Shown here piece by piece: positions 8,270 to 17,378 of a DNA stretch of 64,000 nt. The stretch's first letter is position 1. Each line of letters opens with the position of its first letter. The stretch spans positions 522,460 to 586,459 of the forward strand of contig JAUYID010000009.1 in the NCBI GenBank assembly GCA_030704665.1, read 5' to 3'. The translations under genes and the position numbers were made by a program. This DNA is from a bacterium. GTDB taxonomy: Bacteria > Patescibacteriota > Microgenomatia > Woykebacterales > RBG-16-39-9b. The notes under the pieces are model-generated. The model saw only the letters and a list, made by a program, of their open reading frames with translations, was not told the origin of the DNA and ran no database searches.

Positions 8270-8821
8270 TTATTCTGTTTTTCTCTTCCACGCAAGAACT
8301 AGCAAAATCAGACCGGCTGCCTCTAGTAGAATGCCTATTATCTGCATAGTGCTTGCAGCCGAAACCCAACTGGCAGCCTCTTCCAAGTACCAAGTTCTCT
8401 TTAGTTCTATTGCAGAAGAAACCCATTTGACCACTTCGATCCTGTAGAGGGCCGCGTTAAAAAAGAAAACTAAGGCCACCGAAGCCAAAGTAAGTCCAAG
8501 CAAAGCCTTGATCTGGTTTAGATCCAGCCTATTAAATAGCGGCCTGGATATTTCCGTTGCGGCTTTGTTTTTACGAAGCATCAGGAAGCTTGCTACCAGC
8601 AATATCAAAGCTACAGCGAAGGCAATACCTGCACCCCTAATCCAATTCCAGCCAACCTCTGCATAGGCGTCCAGCGGTTCTTCTTTATAGGCAGACAGCC
8701 AGCCGAAGCCCTCAAACAAATAAACTGCGGCAAAAACGAGCAAGCTTATACCGATAGAAGTGAAAACAACACTTATCCAACCGCTTTTTTTGTTAAAGTC
8801 AAAACGCTTAAAGTAGTTCAT
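8270..8821 (-). CDS. Hypothetical membrane protein (about 4 TM)
   Basis: Four hydrophobic segments; TATAAT just upstream. Confidence 0.65.
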   Translation of the reverse strand: MNYFKRFDFNKKSGWISVVFTSIGISLLVFAAVYLFEGFGWLSAYKEEPLDAYAEVGWNWIRGAGIAFAVALILLVASFLMLRKNKAATEISRPLFNRLDLNQIKALLGLTLASVALVFFFNAALYRIEVVKWVSSAIELKRTWYLEEAASWVSAASTMQIIGILLEAAGLILLVLAWKRKTE

Positions 8822-8953
8822 TTATTTAATTATACAAAATTCCTAGGATAAAAGTTCCCACTTAAGATACCGGCTCGAGCCAAAATGGTGACTGCGAGTT
8901 TTTCAAGGGTACTTTCTGATTGGGAGAGTCGCTCTTTTGATCATAAACCAGGT

Positions 8954-9250
8954 CTAGAAGCTCTGTTTGACCCCGACAAAATCAATTCGTGGATAGTTCT
9001 TCCTCACCTCCGACCAGAATTTGTCCGCTAAATTGGCCGAATATTTGCTGTATTGCCCAGACTCGGAATGTCCGCAAAGTTTGTTTTCATAGTCACGAAT
9101 AATTGCCAAAATCTTTTCACCTTCATGATCAAATTGGGTCTTAAATTCTTTAGGGTTGGTCGCGTACATATCGTGGGTAATTTTGAAGCGGATGAAGTCT
9201 TCGCGGTTTTTCTTGACCATTTCGTCAAAGGTTTGTTTGAACTTTGTCAT
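8954..9250 (-). CDS. Hypothetical protein
   Basis: 98-aa ORF with natural composition, not overlapping other genes. Confidence 0.65.
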   Translation of the reverse strand: MTKFKQTFDEMVKKNREDFIRFKITHDMYATNPKEFKTQFDHEGEKILAIIRDYENKLCGHSESGQYSKYSANLADKFWSEVRKNYPRIDFVGVKQSF

Positions 9251-9320
9251 AGAGATTTAATTTTAACCAAAGTGTAGACTAATTTCGAGTGGTGTCCCTC
9301 TCTCCTTTCTTCTGGGACAC

Positions 9321-9641
9321 TTAGTCTGTTTCGCGAACAATTGAGAACGAACGCCGCCGCCTTTGGAATTCAACTTCGGAGAGCATTCGGGCTAGGGCTC
9401 TTTCCTTAGCACTCATTCCCTGGCTATCGGTCTCCTCGCACAGACGCTCGAGCAATTCGGCGACTGTTTTGACAGGAGGCGAAAAACCAAGATGGACCGA
9501 GACTTCAGCGAGACGACGTTGAATCGACGGTATCTCGTCCAGAACCAAAGTCGACTCACGGCTATACTGAAGCACCTCCTCGAGACTGCTCAGCCCGAAA
9601 ATTCGGTAAAGCCTCAGATCGATGACTTTGGGATCGTGCAC
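9321..9641 (-). CDS. Hypothetical protein (ORFan-like)
   Basis: TATAAT and AGGAGG SD before the GTG start; hairpin after the stop. Confidence 0.55.
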   Translation of the reverse strand: MHDPKVIDLRLYRIFGLSSLEEVLQYSRESTLVLDEIPSIQRRLAEVSVHLGFSPPVKTVAELLERLCEETDSQGMSAKERALARMLSEVEFQRRRRSFSIVRETD

Positions 9642-9719
9642 TCTGACCTCCTTTCTCAGTCTGATTATAGCAAAAATAATTATTTACCTCTGTCTTTGCT
9701 GGCTTTATACTTGAAAACA

Positions 9720-10427
9720 ATGTCAGCTCAAGAACTTAAAAAAGCTTTGCGCAAACTTGCTTCAGAAAAAAAGGCCTCTGCCTCAGCTTGGTTTTTCAAA
9801 ACTGGTCCTGGTCAATATGGTGAAGGGGACAAGTTTATTGGAGTCACAGTACCGGAGCAAAGAAAACTTGCCCGAGAGTTTAAAGATTTAGATTTAGTGG
9901 AGATCGAAAGTCTGCTCCAATCCCCATTCCATGAGGAACGGCTCGTCTCACTCTTTATTTTGGTTAACCGGTTCAAAGGTTCTAGCCAACGAACCCAAAA
10001 AGAAATTTTTGATTTCTATCTCGCCAACACTAAATCGATCAACAACTGGGATCTAGTTGATTCGTCTGCTAGTTATATTGTCGGAGAATATTTGCTTGAT
10101 AAACCAAGAAGGGTTCTCTACTCTCTGGCTAGATCGAAGAACCTCTGGGAAAGGCGAATCGCCGTGATCGCCACTTTTAGCTTTATTGTTCGGGGCGAAA
10201 GCAAAGACAGCCTAAAAATTACCGAGCTTCTACTCGGAGACAAGGAAGACCTGATGCACAAGGCAGTGGGCTGGATGCTACGCGAAGTTGGCAAACGAGT
10301 TTCAAGAGAAGTTTTGATCAAGTTTTTGAGAGTGCATTATTCTACCCTTTCCCGGACAAGTCTGCGCTACGCGATTGAGCACTTTCCTGCCGAAACGAGA
10401 CAAAAATACCTCAAAGGAAAATTTTAA
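9720..10427 (+). CDS. DNA alkylation repair protein (AlkD-like HEAT repeat)
   Basis: FFKTGPGQYGEGDKFIGVTVP, NNWDLVDSSA, HKAVGWMLREVGK, RTSLRYAIE motifs. Confidence 0.9.
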   Translation: MSAQELKKALRKLASEKKASASAWFFKTGPGQYGEGDKFIGVTVPEQRKLAREFKDLDLVEIESLLQSPFHEERLVSLFILVNRFKGSSQRTQKEIFDFYLANTKSINNWDLVDSSASYIVGEYLLDKPRRVLYSLARSKNLWERRIAVIATFSFIVRGESKDSLKITELLLGDKEDLMHKAVGWMLREVGKRVSREVLIKFLRVHYSTLSRTSLRYAIEHFPAETRQKYLKGKF

Positions 10428-10486
10428 CCTAAAAAGCAGACAGGCTCTGGTATAATTGCCTTAATTAAAAATCAAGGAGAGGATCG

Positions 10487-10879
10487 ATGCTCTGTCACAA
10501 CCTTTGTCCTGACTTTGATCGCCTTCTGGGGGAGGCAAACACTCCCGAGAACCGCTGGGAAATCGTTGATTGGCTGCGGATTAAACTCCGTGAGGCAGGC
10601 TTCGGCGATGCTGAAGACAACTGGAACCATATGGGGTCAGTCGGACCGGTAGTGGTGCGCCTTTTCAGCCACTGCGAACCAGGTATCTGGTTTGGAACAC
10701 GTGGCGAGGAGGCTGTAGCGCTGGTGACCAGCTCGAGAATTGGTCTGCCGATTCACGTTAAGGCCCCAACTCAGGACCAGCTTGACACTCTTGTCCTACT
10801 TTTGGCCGAGACCATTGAGCAAACGAGCACGACAATCAAGGCAAGGAATCCCAACACTGTCGGTGTCTGGGCAAACTGA
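10487..10879 (+). CDS. Hypothetical protein
   Basis: TATAAT and AAGGAG SD upstream. Confidence 0.55.
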   Translation: MLCHNLCPDFDRLLGEANTPENRWEIVDWLRIKLREAGFGDAEDNWNHMGSVGPVVVRLFSHCEPGIWFGTRGEEAVALVTSSRIGLPIHVKAPTQDQLDTLVLLLAETIEQTSTTIKARNPNTVGVWAN

Positions 10880-10890
10880 AGGAGCGCAAC

Positions 10891-11232
10891 GTGGGAAAAA
10901 GCCGAGTCGAAATTCCCCAGGTTGACCTTGGGCTGGTGCGCTTCTTGTACCGCTCCTCAAACGCGGGAAGGTTTGAGTTTGCGGGTGGTGTCTACCACTA
11001 CTGGGCAGTAGTTCTAGAGAGAAGCCTGACTTGGAGACGACTGCAGAGGATCCACGCGAGCGGTCAATGGTCTCTCTTGGCAACTCACCAGCATGTTGGC
11101 TACGCGGGGAGGCTCGTCCCTCTACCCTTCGGAAGACTGGGCATCTGTTTGGAGGCGCGTACCCCCTCCCGAGGAAATGATGTGGCTGCCTTCGAACAAC
11201 TACTCGAGAACTTCGGTCAACCGGTCCATTAG
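10891..11232 (+). CDS. Hypothetical protein
   Basis: AAGGAG SD before GTG; follows the previous ORF. Confidence 0.5.
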   Translation: MGKSRVEIPQVDLGLVRFLYRSSNAGRFEFAGGVYHYWAVVLERSLTWRRLQRIHASGQWSLLATHQHVGYAGRLVPLPFGRLGICLEARTPSRGNDVAAFEQLLENFGQPVH

Positions 11233-11346
11233 GTCAAGCCAAAGTCCAGTGAAGACCTCTTTCCAATCAAGGAAGAAAGGGGAGAGCTTCACTACACCAA
11301 CACTTCCCCACTTGTAACTTTTTCTTTTTAGAACTAAAATATTTTT

Positions 11347-11907
11347 GTGAACAAGAATCTGCTCACGGTGTCTTTATTGATCATAGTTCTCGGCTTGGTA
11401 GCAATTTTTGCCTACCAGAATTTTTTCCCTTCTAAAGACAGTGAAAAGGGCCAAAAACCAGCTGCGGAAATCAGCACTTTCGAGCAGTGTGCGGCCGCCG
11501 GAATGCCAGTTCAGGAAAGCTACCCCCGACGCTGTATGGCCGAGGGAAAGAGCTTTACTGAAGACATTGGCAATACTTTAGAAAAAAGCGATTTCATCGT
11601 TCTAAAGAGCCCTTTGCCAAACGAAAAGGTGGGCAGCCCGCTGCAAATTACAGGTCAAGCTAAAGGAAGCTGGTTTTTTGAAGCTGTCTTCCCGGTCAAA
11701 ATCCTAAATAGTGCTGACAAAGTTCTTGGGACTACAACAGCCAAAACAAGTGACAACTGGATGAGCGACAGCTTTGTGACTTTCAATGCGACTTTGACTT
11801 TTGAAGCCTCAACGACTGAAAGAGGAACTTTGGTTCTCGAAAAAGACAATCCTTCTGGGCTTGTGGAAAACGAAGATTCGCTAAGAATCCCGATCAAATT
11901 TAAGTAA
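11347..11907 (+). CDS. Membrane-anchored Gmad2 immunoglobulin-like domain protein
   Basis: FEQCAAAG.PVQESYPRRC repeat; GSWFFEAVFPV and KDNPSG motifs. Confidence 0.8.
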   Translation: MNKNLLTVSLLIIVLGLVAIFAYQNFFPSKDSEKGQKPAAEISTFEQCAAAGMPVQESYPRRCMAEGKSFTEDIGNTLEKSDFIVLKSPLPNEKVGSPLQITGQAKGSWFFEAVFPVKILNSADKVLGTTTAKTSDNWMSDSFVTFNATLTFEASTTERGTLVLEKDNPSGLVENEDSLRIPIKFK

Positions 11908-11914
11908 TTGGGTT

Positions 11915-12106
11915 TCAGGTTTGAGAGCTGCCGAGGCTGGTGCGCCAGTTGATGAAAGGCATGCGGTGTTTTTCGATCGACACGTCCTCAAGGGGGATGT
12001 TTTTGGCAGCAGCAAAGAGAGAGAGGGTTTCGACACTAGCGGAAAGTTCGGGGTTCATGATGTTGGCATTATGAAAAGAAATGAAGTCCTCAATGTTTTC
12101 ACTCAC
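11915..12106 (-). CDS. Small hypothetical protein
   Basis: AAGGGGTG SD before GTG; fills an intergenic gap. Confidence 0.4.
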   Translation of the reverse strand: MSENIEDFISFHNANIMNPELSASVETLSLFAAAKNIPLEDVSIEKHRMPFINWRTSLGSSQT

Positions 12107-12198
12107 CCCTTCAGTCTACTCCTATAAATCAAATAAGCAAGAGCCAAAGGCAGTGCAGGCCGGCGCTTGCTACAAAAATCTGCCGGTGCTACTATTTC

Positions 12199-12549
12199 TT
12201 GATGACGACTGAGGGGCTACAAAAAAGAATTGTCAAATTTCGTGACCTCCGCAACTGGAAACAGTTTCACAACCCCAAAGATCTCGCTATTTCCCTTCTT
12301 CTTGAAGCCGCAGAACTGCTTGAACATTTCCAATGGGAAAGCCCAGAAGAAATGGACGAGCTCATTAAATCCGAAAAATTAAAGGAGATTAAAGAAGAGG
12401 TGGCGGACACTTACTACTGGATTTTGCTCATTGCCCACGATCTCAATATTGATCTGGAGGAAGCCTTGAAAGAGAAAATGGCCCAAAATGAGGCCAAATA
12501 CCCAGTTGAGAAAGCTAAAAACTCCCACAAAAAATACAATGAGCTCTAA
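12199..12549 (+). CDS. MazG-like nucleotide pyrophosphohydrolase
   Basis: W.QFHNPKDLAISL.LEAAELLEHFQW...EEVAD...NEAKYP. Confidence 0.9.
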   Translation: MMTTEGLQKRIVKFRDLRNWKQFHNPKDLAISLLLEAAELLEHFQWESPEEMDELIKSEKLKEIKEEVADTYYWILLIAHDLNIDLEEALKEKMAQNEAKYPVEKAKNSHKKYNEL

Positions 12550-13222
12550 AACTGTCGGACTTAAAGACAAAGTTGTTCTCATTACTGGCTCCTCCATCGG
12601 CATTGGAGCTGCTCTCGCGGAAGAATTTGCCAGGCAGGGTGCCAAAGTGGTCATTACCTACAATACGAACAAAGACGCAGCTATGAGACTAGCTGAAAAG
12701 TGCCTGACCCTGGGTGCGGCTGATATTCTCGTGCTCAAGCTTGATGTCCGAAACGAGAAGGAAATTCTGGAAAGTGTGGCAAGAGTCAAAAAAGAGTTTG
12801 GTCACATTGATGTTCTAGTCAACAACGCTGGAGTCTTTGCGGAAGGGACAGTAGAAACAACCACTTTTGAAGGTATCGAAGATCAAGTGCGCGTCAACCT
12901 CGAGGGTTTGATCAAAATGACGCACGCGGCTCTCCCCTACTTGAAAGGGGCAGTGGTGAACATTGGTTCTCGGGCTGGAACAAAGCCTTATCCGAACTAC
13001 GCGACTTACGCAGCGACCAAATGGGCGGTGCGCGGCTTTTCCAAATCTTTGGCAGCCGAGATTGCTCTGCCGGTCTACTGCGTCAACCCGGCTGGAACTG
13101 CCACCGCCATGAACGATTTTGAGGGCGTTCCGGCCTCCAAAGTCGCTGAGGTCATCCTTGCTGTCTTGACTGGAAAAATCAAAGCTGAAAGTGGGGACGA
13201 TATCAATGTTTGGGAATATTAG
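12539..13222 (+). CDS. Short-chain dehydrogenase/reductase (SDR)
   Basis: TGSSIGIG, NNAG, YAATK motifs. Confidence 0.92.
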   Translation: MSSKTVGLKDKVVLITGSSIGIGAALAEEFARQGAKVVITYNTNKDAAMRLAEKCLTLGAADILVLKLDVRNEKEILESVARVKKEFGHIDVLVNNAGVFAEGTVETTTFEGIEDQVRVNLEGLIKMTHAALPYLKGAVVNIGSRAGTKPYPNYATYAATKWAVRGFSKSLAAEIALPVYCVNPAGTATAMNDFEGVPASKVAEVILAVLTGKIKAESGDDINVWEY

Positions 13223-13898
13223 TTTTGGACGAAACTATTTTCCTCTTCTAGTAGGGGGCCTCTGCCTGCTCTCCTTTTTTCTTTTAGGTTTTCTAGTTTT
13301 GCAGTTTCCGGACAACTTTCTCGACAGAACAAACTTCTTTTCCGAGGCGGCTCTACCCTACCCGTGGTTGGGAAATTTACTCAAGCTGGTTTCTTTTTTT
13401 GGAGAAACTCTGGTTGCACTGCTTTTACTCTTGTTGCTTTCCCTTTTTTTCTTTTTCACTAAATACCCAATCAAGCTTCCCACCATAGTTGGTCTGATTC
13501 TTTTTTCTTTCAGTGCTGATCTTCTCAAACCTCTTTTTGCTCGTGATCGACCGGGGCCAACAATCACCCACCTTACCTACAGCTACCCGAGCGGACATGC
13601 GACTTTTTACGCAGTTTACTTTGGTTTTATCTTTTTCCTCTTGCTTCGGTCAAAGGCTTTACCAAAATGGCTGCGCAACCTACTTCTTGCCTTTTGCGCT
13701 TTTTTGATCGTCTCTGTCGGGCTCTCGCGCCTTTACTTGGGCTTCCATTGGAACAGTGACGTTCTCGGTGGCTACCTCCTCGGTGTCGGTTTACTCTCGA
13801 TTTTGATCTTTGGCCAGGAGCGCTTGAGCGGAAAGTCGAGGAGTGCTAAACTGGGTGCAAATGAAAATCTCCGAGTCCCAAAAAGAAAAATTGGTTGA
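13206..13898 (+). CDS. PAP2 family phosphatase
   Basis: KPLFARDRP, YPSGH, SRLYLGFHWNSDVLGG. Confidence 0.9.
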   Translation: MFGNISFGRNYFPLLVGGLCLLSFFLLGFLVLQFPDNFLDRTNFFSEAALPYPWLGNLLKLVSFFGETLVALLLLLLLSLFFFFTKYPIKLPTIVGLILFSFSADLLKPLFARDRPGPTITHLTYSYPSGHATFYAVYFGFIFFLLLRSKALPKWLRNLLLAFCAFLIVSVGLSRLYLGFHWNSDVLGGYLLGVGLLSILIFGQERLSGKSRSAKLGANENLRVPKRKIG

Positions 13899-14205
13899 GG
13901 AAGCCAAGGCTGTTTTGGAGCGAGTTTATCCAGCGGAGAATCCTTTTGTTTTTGCTAGTGCCGTTCTCACCAAAGCTGGCAACATTTTTTCCTCGGCCAA
14001 CTACGGTTCCGATTCAGCTTCGCTTTCCCTGCACGATACGCAAGCAGCACTGGCTCATGCGGCCGCTCACGGTGAAGGAGATGTCATAGCGATTGCAGTC
14101 ACCAGCCAAGAAAGGCATGCCAAAGGAGAGTTCACCAATCCTTGCCATATGTGCAAACAGCTTCTTTTCCTGAAATATTGGTTAACCTGGGCATTTTTTG
14201 ATTAG
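13861..14205 (+). pseudogene. Cytidine deaminase-like gene, 3'-truncated and lacking the catalytic Glu
   Basis: ASAVLT..G.IFSSAN and PCHMC motifs; HDTQ replaces HAE; the tail after KQLL is antisense hicA sequence. Confidence 0.7.
14156..14194 (-). pseudogene. hicA: HicA toxin N-terminal remnant (MPRLTNISGKEAV)
   Basis: Starts 7 nt after the hicB stop; resembles the HicA N-terminus, then runs into antisense cdd sequence and stops at about 14132. Confidence 0.65.
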
Positions 14206-14438
14206 TTAGTGAGTTGAGGTACTTCTACCGAACGTTTAATAATAAATTCCGGCTTCTCACCGAGTTTTTCTTCGCCGACGACTTCCAAGTAAACCTTAAT
14301 AGCTTTTTCGACATTTTCCAAAGCTTCTTCTTTGGTTTCGCCTTGGGACATGCACCCTGGCAAGTTAACTACGTCAGCAACAAAACCGCCAACCTCCGGG
14401 TCTTTGAAAATTTCGACCACAAATTCTACTTTAGACAT
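14202..14438 (-). CDS. hicB: HicB family antitoxin
   Basis: GGFVA.V.NLPGCMSQGETKEEALENV.KAI..YLE. Confidence 0.9.
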   Translation of the reverse strand: MSKVEFVVEIFKDPEVGGFVADVVNLPGCMSQGETKEEALENVEKAIKVYLEVVGEEKLGEKPEFIIKRSVEVPQLTN

Positions 14439-14547
14439 GGTTAGATTGTAGCACTATTGCACAGTAATGTTAACTTTCAAGCACTCTAAACTGAGACCCC
14501 TTCACCCTAGACCAAAGGCTCTCTTTGTGTTAGACTAGCTTTACAGT

Positions 14548-14582
14548 AAAAGACAACCCCATCACGGGGCTGCCTTTTTTTT
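14548..14582 (-). terminator. Intrinsic terminator-like hairpin (possibly bidirectional)
   Basis: Minus strand GGCAGCCCC-GTGAT-GGGGTTGTC-TTTT; a T-run also flanks the plus side. Confidence 0.5.
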
Positions 14583-14622
14583 GTGGAGCGGATCAACTCA
14601 GGTAAGGATGAAAGGATTCATA

Positions 14623-14907
14623 ATGAGTAAAGCAGTCTTGGATAGGGAAGACACAGCAGGCTCTGAGCGCGACAAGGCCAAGGTCCACGTACTCGAAGCA
14701 GTTGATGAGACGTCGAAAAGGTTCCTTCTCATGGAGGACCGTCGGGAGCAACGCGCGGGCAAGGTACTGGAAAACCCACCGCCCGGCTCTTCTCAGTGCA
14801 ACTGGTGCCTCTACCCGCTCTTCACCCCAGCAGTGGACGAAACCTACCCTCCAGCCCCAGAACTCTGCGAGAACTGCGACTGGCTCTTGGCGAACGGGAT
14901 CATCTAG
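14623..14907 (+). CDS. Small hypothetical protein with CxxC...CxxC zinc-binding motif
   Basis: CNWC...CENC; AAAGGA SD upstream. Confidence 0.5.
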   Translation: MSKAVLDREDTAGSERDKAKVHVLEAVDETSKRFLLMEDRREQRAGKVLENPPPGSSQCNWCLYPLFTPAVDETYPPAPELCENCDWLLANGII

Positions 14908-15061
14908 GAAGAAGATCAGAGGGAGAGAATCAAGGGACTTTGTGAAAAGTTGGTGTTTACACCTCGTATCGTTGCTTCTTTTCGTAACGGTACGCCCTTC
15001 CCTCTTTGAAAAAACCAACTCCAAATTTGAATAAGTAAGAACTTTTTAGTAAACTCCCTTT

Positions 15062-15388
15062 GTGATTGAAAATTACTTAAACAAAACTTCTCCCCTGACC
15101 CTTGGTTTCCTCCAAGCTCTCGGCGTGGGCCTTTACGTGGGAAAAGTAGCAGCCTTTATGTTTTTTCTAGAAAAAAATATTGGTGAGCCGGGCTATTTCG
15201 GTGTCGCCTTGATACTGACCCTTTTTGTCTTTTCAGCTGGTCTCACTGGCACTCTGGTCTTTGGTACTCCAGCCTATTTCGCTCTCAAAGGCAATATCTC
15301 CAAAGCAGTTTCAACTCTTCTTGCCACGTTCGTTTCCCTCGCCATCCTCATCACCGTCACTGCGCTGACCATCTACCTAGTTTTCTAG
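15062..15388 (+). CDS. Small membrane protein (3 TM)
   Basis: Three hydrophobic helices; VFG.PAY motif. Confidence 0.7.
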   Translation: MIENYLNKTSPLTLGFLQALGVGLYVGKVAAFMFFLEKNIGEPGYFGVALILTLFVFSAGLTGTLVFGTPAYFALKGNISKAVSTLLATFVSLAILITVTALTIYLVF

Positions 15389-15441
15389 AGTTCCCATTTT
15401 CCTTGTTTTGGCTTGCGAAGAAGAGTAAAATACCAGACAAA

Positions 15442-15615
15442 ATGAAACCATATTTGGCCGATGCAATAAAAAAACACTTCAACGCTTTCAATATCCGCCG
15501 TGCGGCGAACAAGATCTTCAACCGCTTTCACCACAAAGCAGAAAAAGTAGAGAAAGTAGTGCAAAAGCGCAAACCCTCCGAGAAAGTTTTTGATTTTAGC
15601 TTGAGACAAGAGTAA
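15442..15615 (+). CDS. Small basic hypothetical protein
   Basis: MKPYLADAIKK...; TAAAAT upstream. Confidence 0.35.
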   Translation: MKPYLADAIKKHFNAFNIRRAANKIFNRFHHKAEKVEKVVQKRKPSEKVFDFSLRQE

Positions 15616-15751
15616 AATAGCCAGGTAATTTATAGTGAGCTAATCGAACTATCTTAGCTATCCTGACAACAAGAATTTTTGTCATTTTTTAATAATGTTT
15701 TGAGGACAAAACAAAATACATTTTTATAATTTAGAAAGATTGTAAAAGCGA

Positions 15752-16450
15752 ATGGAACAGCAAAAGATGTTTAATGAAACTAAAAAAGTGACCGGATATT
15801 CCCTATATAATGAGGATTTTAAGAAGCGGTTACAACACAATTACTCAGATGGGTTTTTTCCTTCTCTACCAAATAAGCGGTTTGACATAATTTATGCTGA
15901 CCCACCTTGGCACTATAATGGAAAACTTCAATTTGATAAAAGTAGTACAACTAAAGAAAAACTTAACCTATCAAGAAAGATATTCATTAGTACAGCAGGT
16001 TTTAAGTATCCTATGTTAAAACTAAACGAGTTAATGGAGATGCCTATAAGCAAAATTACAAAAGATGACTGTCTTCTGTTTATGTGGACGTCAAATCCCC
16101 ATTTAGCTCAAGCTATTAAATTAGGAGAGGCTTGGGGTTTTGAATACAAAACAGTCGCATTTGTCTGGGACAAAATGAACCATAATCCTGGACAATATAC
16201 CCTTTCTAATTGCGAGTTGTGTCTGGTTTTTAAACACGGAAGAATACCAAAGCCGAGAGGTGCCAGAAATGTACAACAATTAATAAGAGCCAAAAGAGGG
16301 GAGCATAGCGAGAAACCTATAGAGGTGATGAGTGCAATAGAAAAGATGTTTCCAAGCCAAGAGAAGATCGAATTATTTGCCAGAAAGAAAGCAGAAGGTT
16401 GGACGGTGTGGGGCTTAGATGTTTTTAATAAAAATGGAGATAACTTTTAA
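15752..16450 (+). CDS. MT-A70 family N6-adenine DNA methyltransferase (M.MunI-like)
   Basis: IIYADPPW, LFMW, WGFEYKTVAFVWDK, EHSEKP, IELFAR motifs; AT-rich. Confidence 0.92.
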   Translation: MEQQKMFNETKKVTGYSLYNEDFKKRLQHNYSDGFFPSLPNKRFDIIYADPPWHYNGKLQFDKSSTTKEKLNLSRKIFISTAGFKYPMLKLNELMEMPISKITKDDCLLFMWTSNPHLAQAIKLGEAWGFEYKTVAFVWDKMNHNPGQYTLSNCELCLVFKHGRIPKPRGARNVQQLIRAKRGEHSEKPIEVMSAIEKMFPSQEKIELFARKKAEGWTVWGLDVFNKNGDNF

Positions 16451-17043
16451 AGTAGTAAATGTTTTAGTTTCGTATTAAAATGCTCAACTAGGGATTTTTC
16501 ATCAGGATACATCCACATAAAAAAGTGGTTAGGGAAACCATCGAACCAAAAAGTTATTTCTCTTACCCGTTTTGGATCACGTGCTATATCACCTGCATAG
16601 ACAATCCAAAACGGTAAAACATCCTTTCCTAGGTTTGAGTGATCTTTTAAAAGTTTCAGTAGTCCAGGTGTAAAAAACTTACATGATCTTTCATGTGCAT
16701 TACCCCTTCCTGCACTTGGAGGTTTACCTTCAACCCAACCATCTTGTCTTTTAACCTCTATGTAAAGTTTCTTACTAGTATTTACATTCTCAATGGCGAA
16801 ATCTATCTTTATTCCATGGTGCCAAGTTCTACCCGGAGAAAACACAGCTTTCTCAACGGGTTTGTCTAATTTAACTTTTTCATAGATATGTTCAAATTCT
16901 TTCGGTTTTGGTCTTAAAATAAATGTTTCTGAGTTCTGAAATTCTTTAAAAAAAGCGTCATTAAACAGAACCTCCTGATCAAGAGCTTTCCCGCCACTTA
17001 CTGTTTGCCAATTCAATCTTTTTCGTAACTCAAGTGTTCCCAT
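16447..17043 (-). CDS. Type II restriction endonuclease, MunI-like (probable CAATTG specificity)
   Basis: EVKRQDGWVEGKPPSAGRGNAHERSCKFFTPGL matches the MunI-family signature as recalled; convergent with the MTase. Confidence 0.85.
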   Translation of the reverse strand: MGTLELRKRLNWQTVSGGKALDQEVLFNDAFFKEFQNSETFILRPKPKEFEHIYEKVKLDKPVEKAVFSPGRTWHHGIKIDFAIENVNTSKKLYIEVKRQDGWVEGKPPSAGRGNAHERSCKFFTPGLLKLLKDHSNLGKDVLPFWIVYAGDIARDPKRVREITFWFDGFPNHFFMWMYPDEKSLVEHFNTKLKHLLL

Positions 17044-17045
17044 AA

Positions 17046-17261
17046 TTATTTCTCCGAATGCATTAACATACCCATGGGTATTTCAAGAGCCTTAGCGATT
17101 TTTTCAATATTTTCCAGAGAAACATTTCTGGCACCGCGTTCAATATCACTAATGTAAGTTCTATGAAGGCTTGCTTTAAACGCAAGCTCTTCTTGCGAGA
17201 TTTTCTTTTGTCTTCTGATTTGGCGCATTTTTTCGCCAAACTTTTGTTTAATGTCTACCAT
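17046..17261 (-). CDS. R-M controller (C) protein, XRE HTH
   Basis: SQEELA..ASLHRTYISDIERG.RNVSL.NI..IA.AL; immediately upstream of the REase. Confidence 0.9.
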   Translation of the reverse strand: MVDIKQKFGEKMRQIRRQKKISQEELAFKASLHRTYISDIERGARNVSLENIEKIAKALEIPMGMLMHSEK

Positions 17262-17302
17262 AAGTTACTGTTACTTATTGACTACAATATACTATTCAAT
17301 TA

Positions 17303-17330
17303 AAATTACTCCACAGACTTTAAGTGACAT
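17303..17330 (-). promoter_or_regulatory. Putative C-box operator
   Basis: Minus strand ATGTCACTTAAAGTC-TGTG-GAGTAAT resembles GACT-n3-AGTC-GTG C-boxes. Confidence 0.5.
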
Positions 17331-17378
17331 TAATTTCCTCGACACTGTTTTTTGGAAAACTGTTAGAATATTAGCTAG

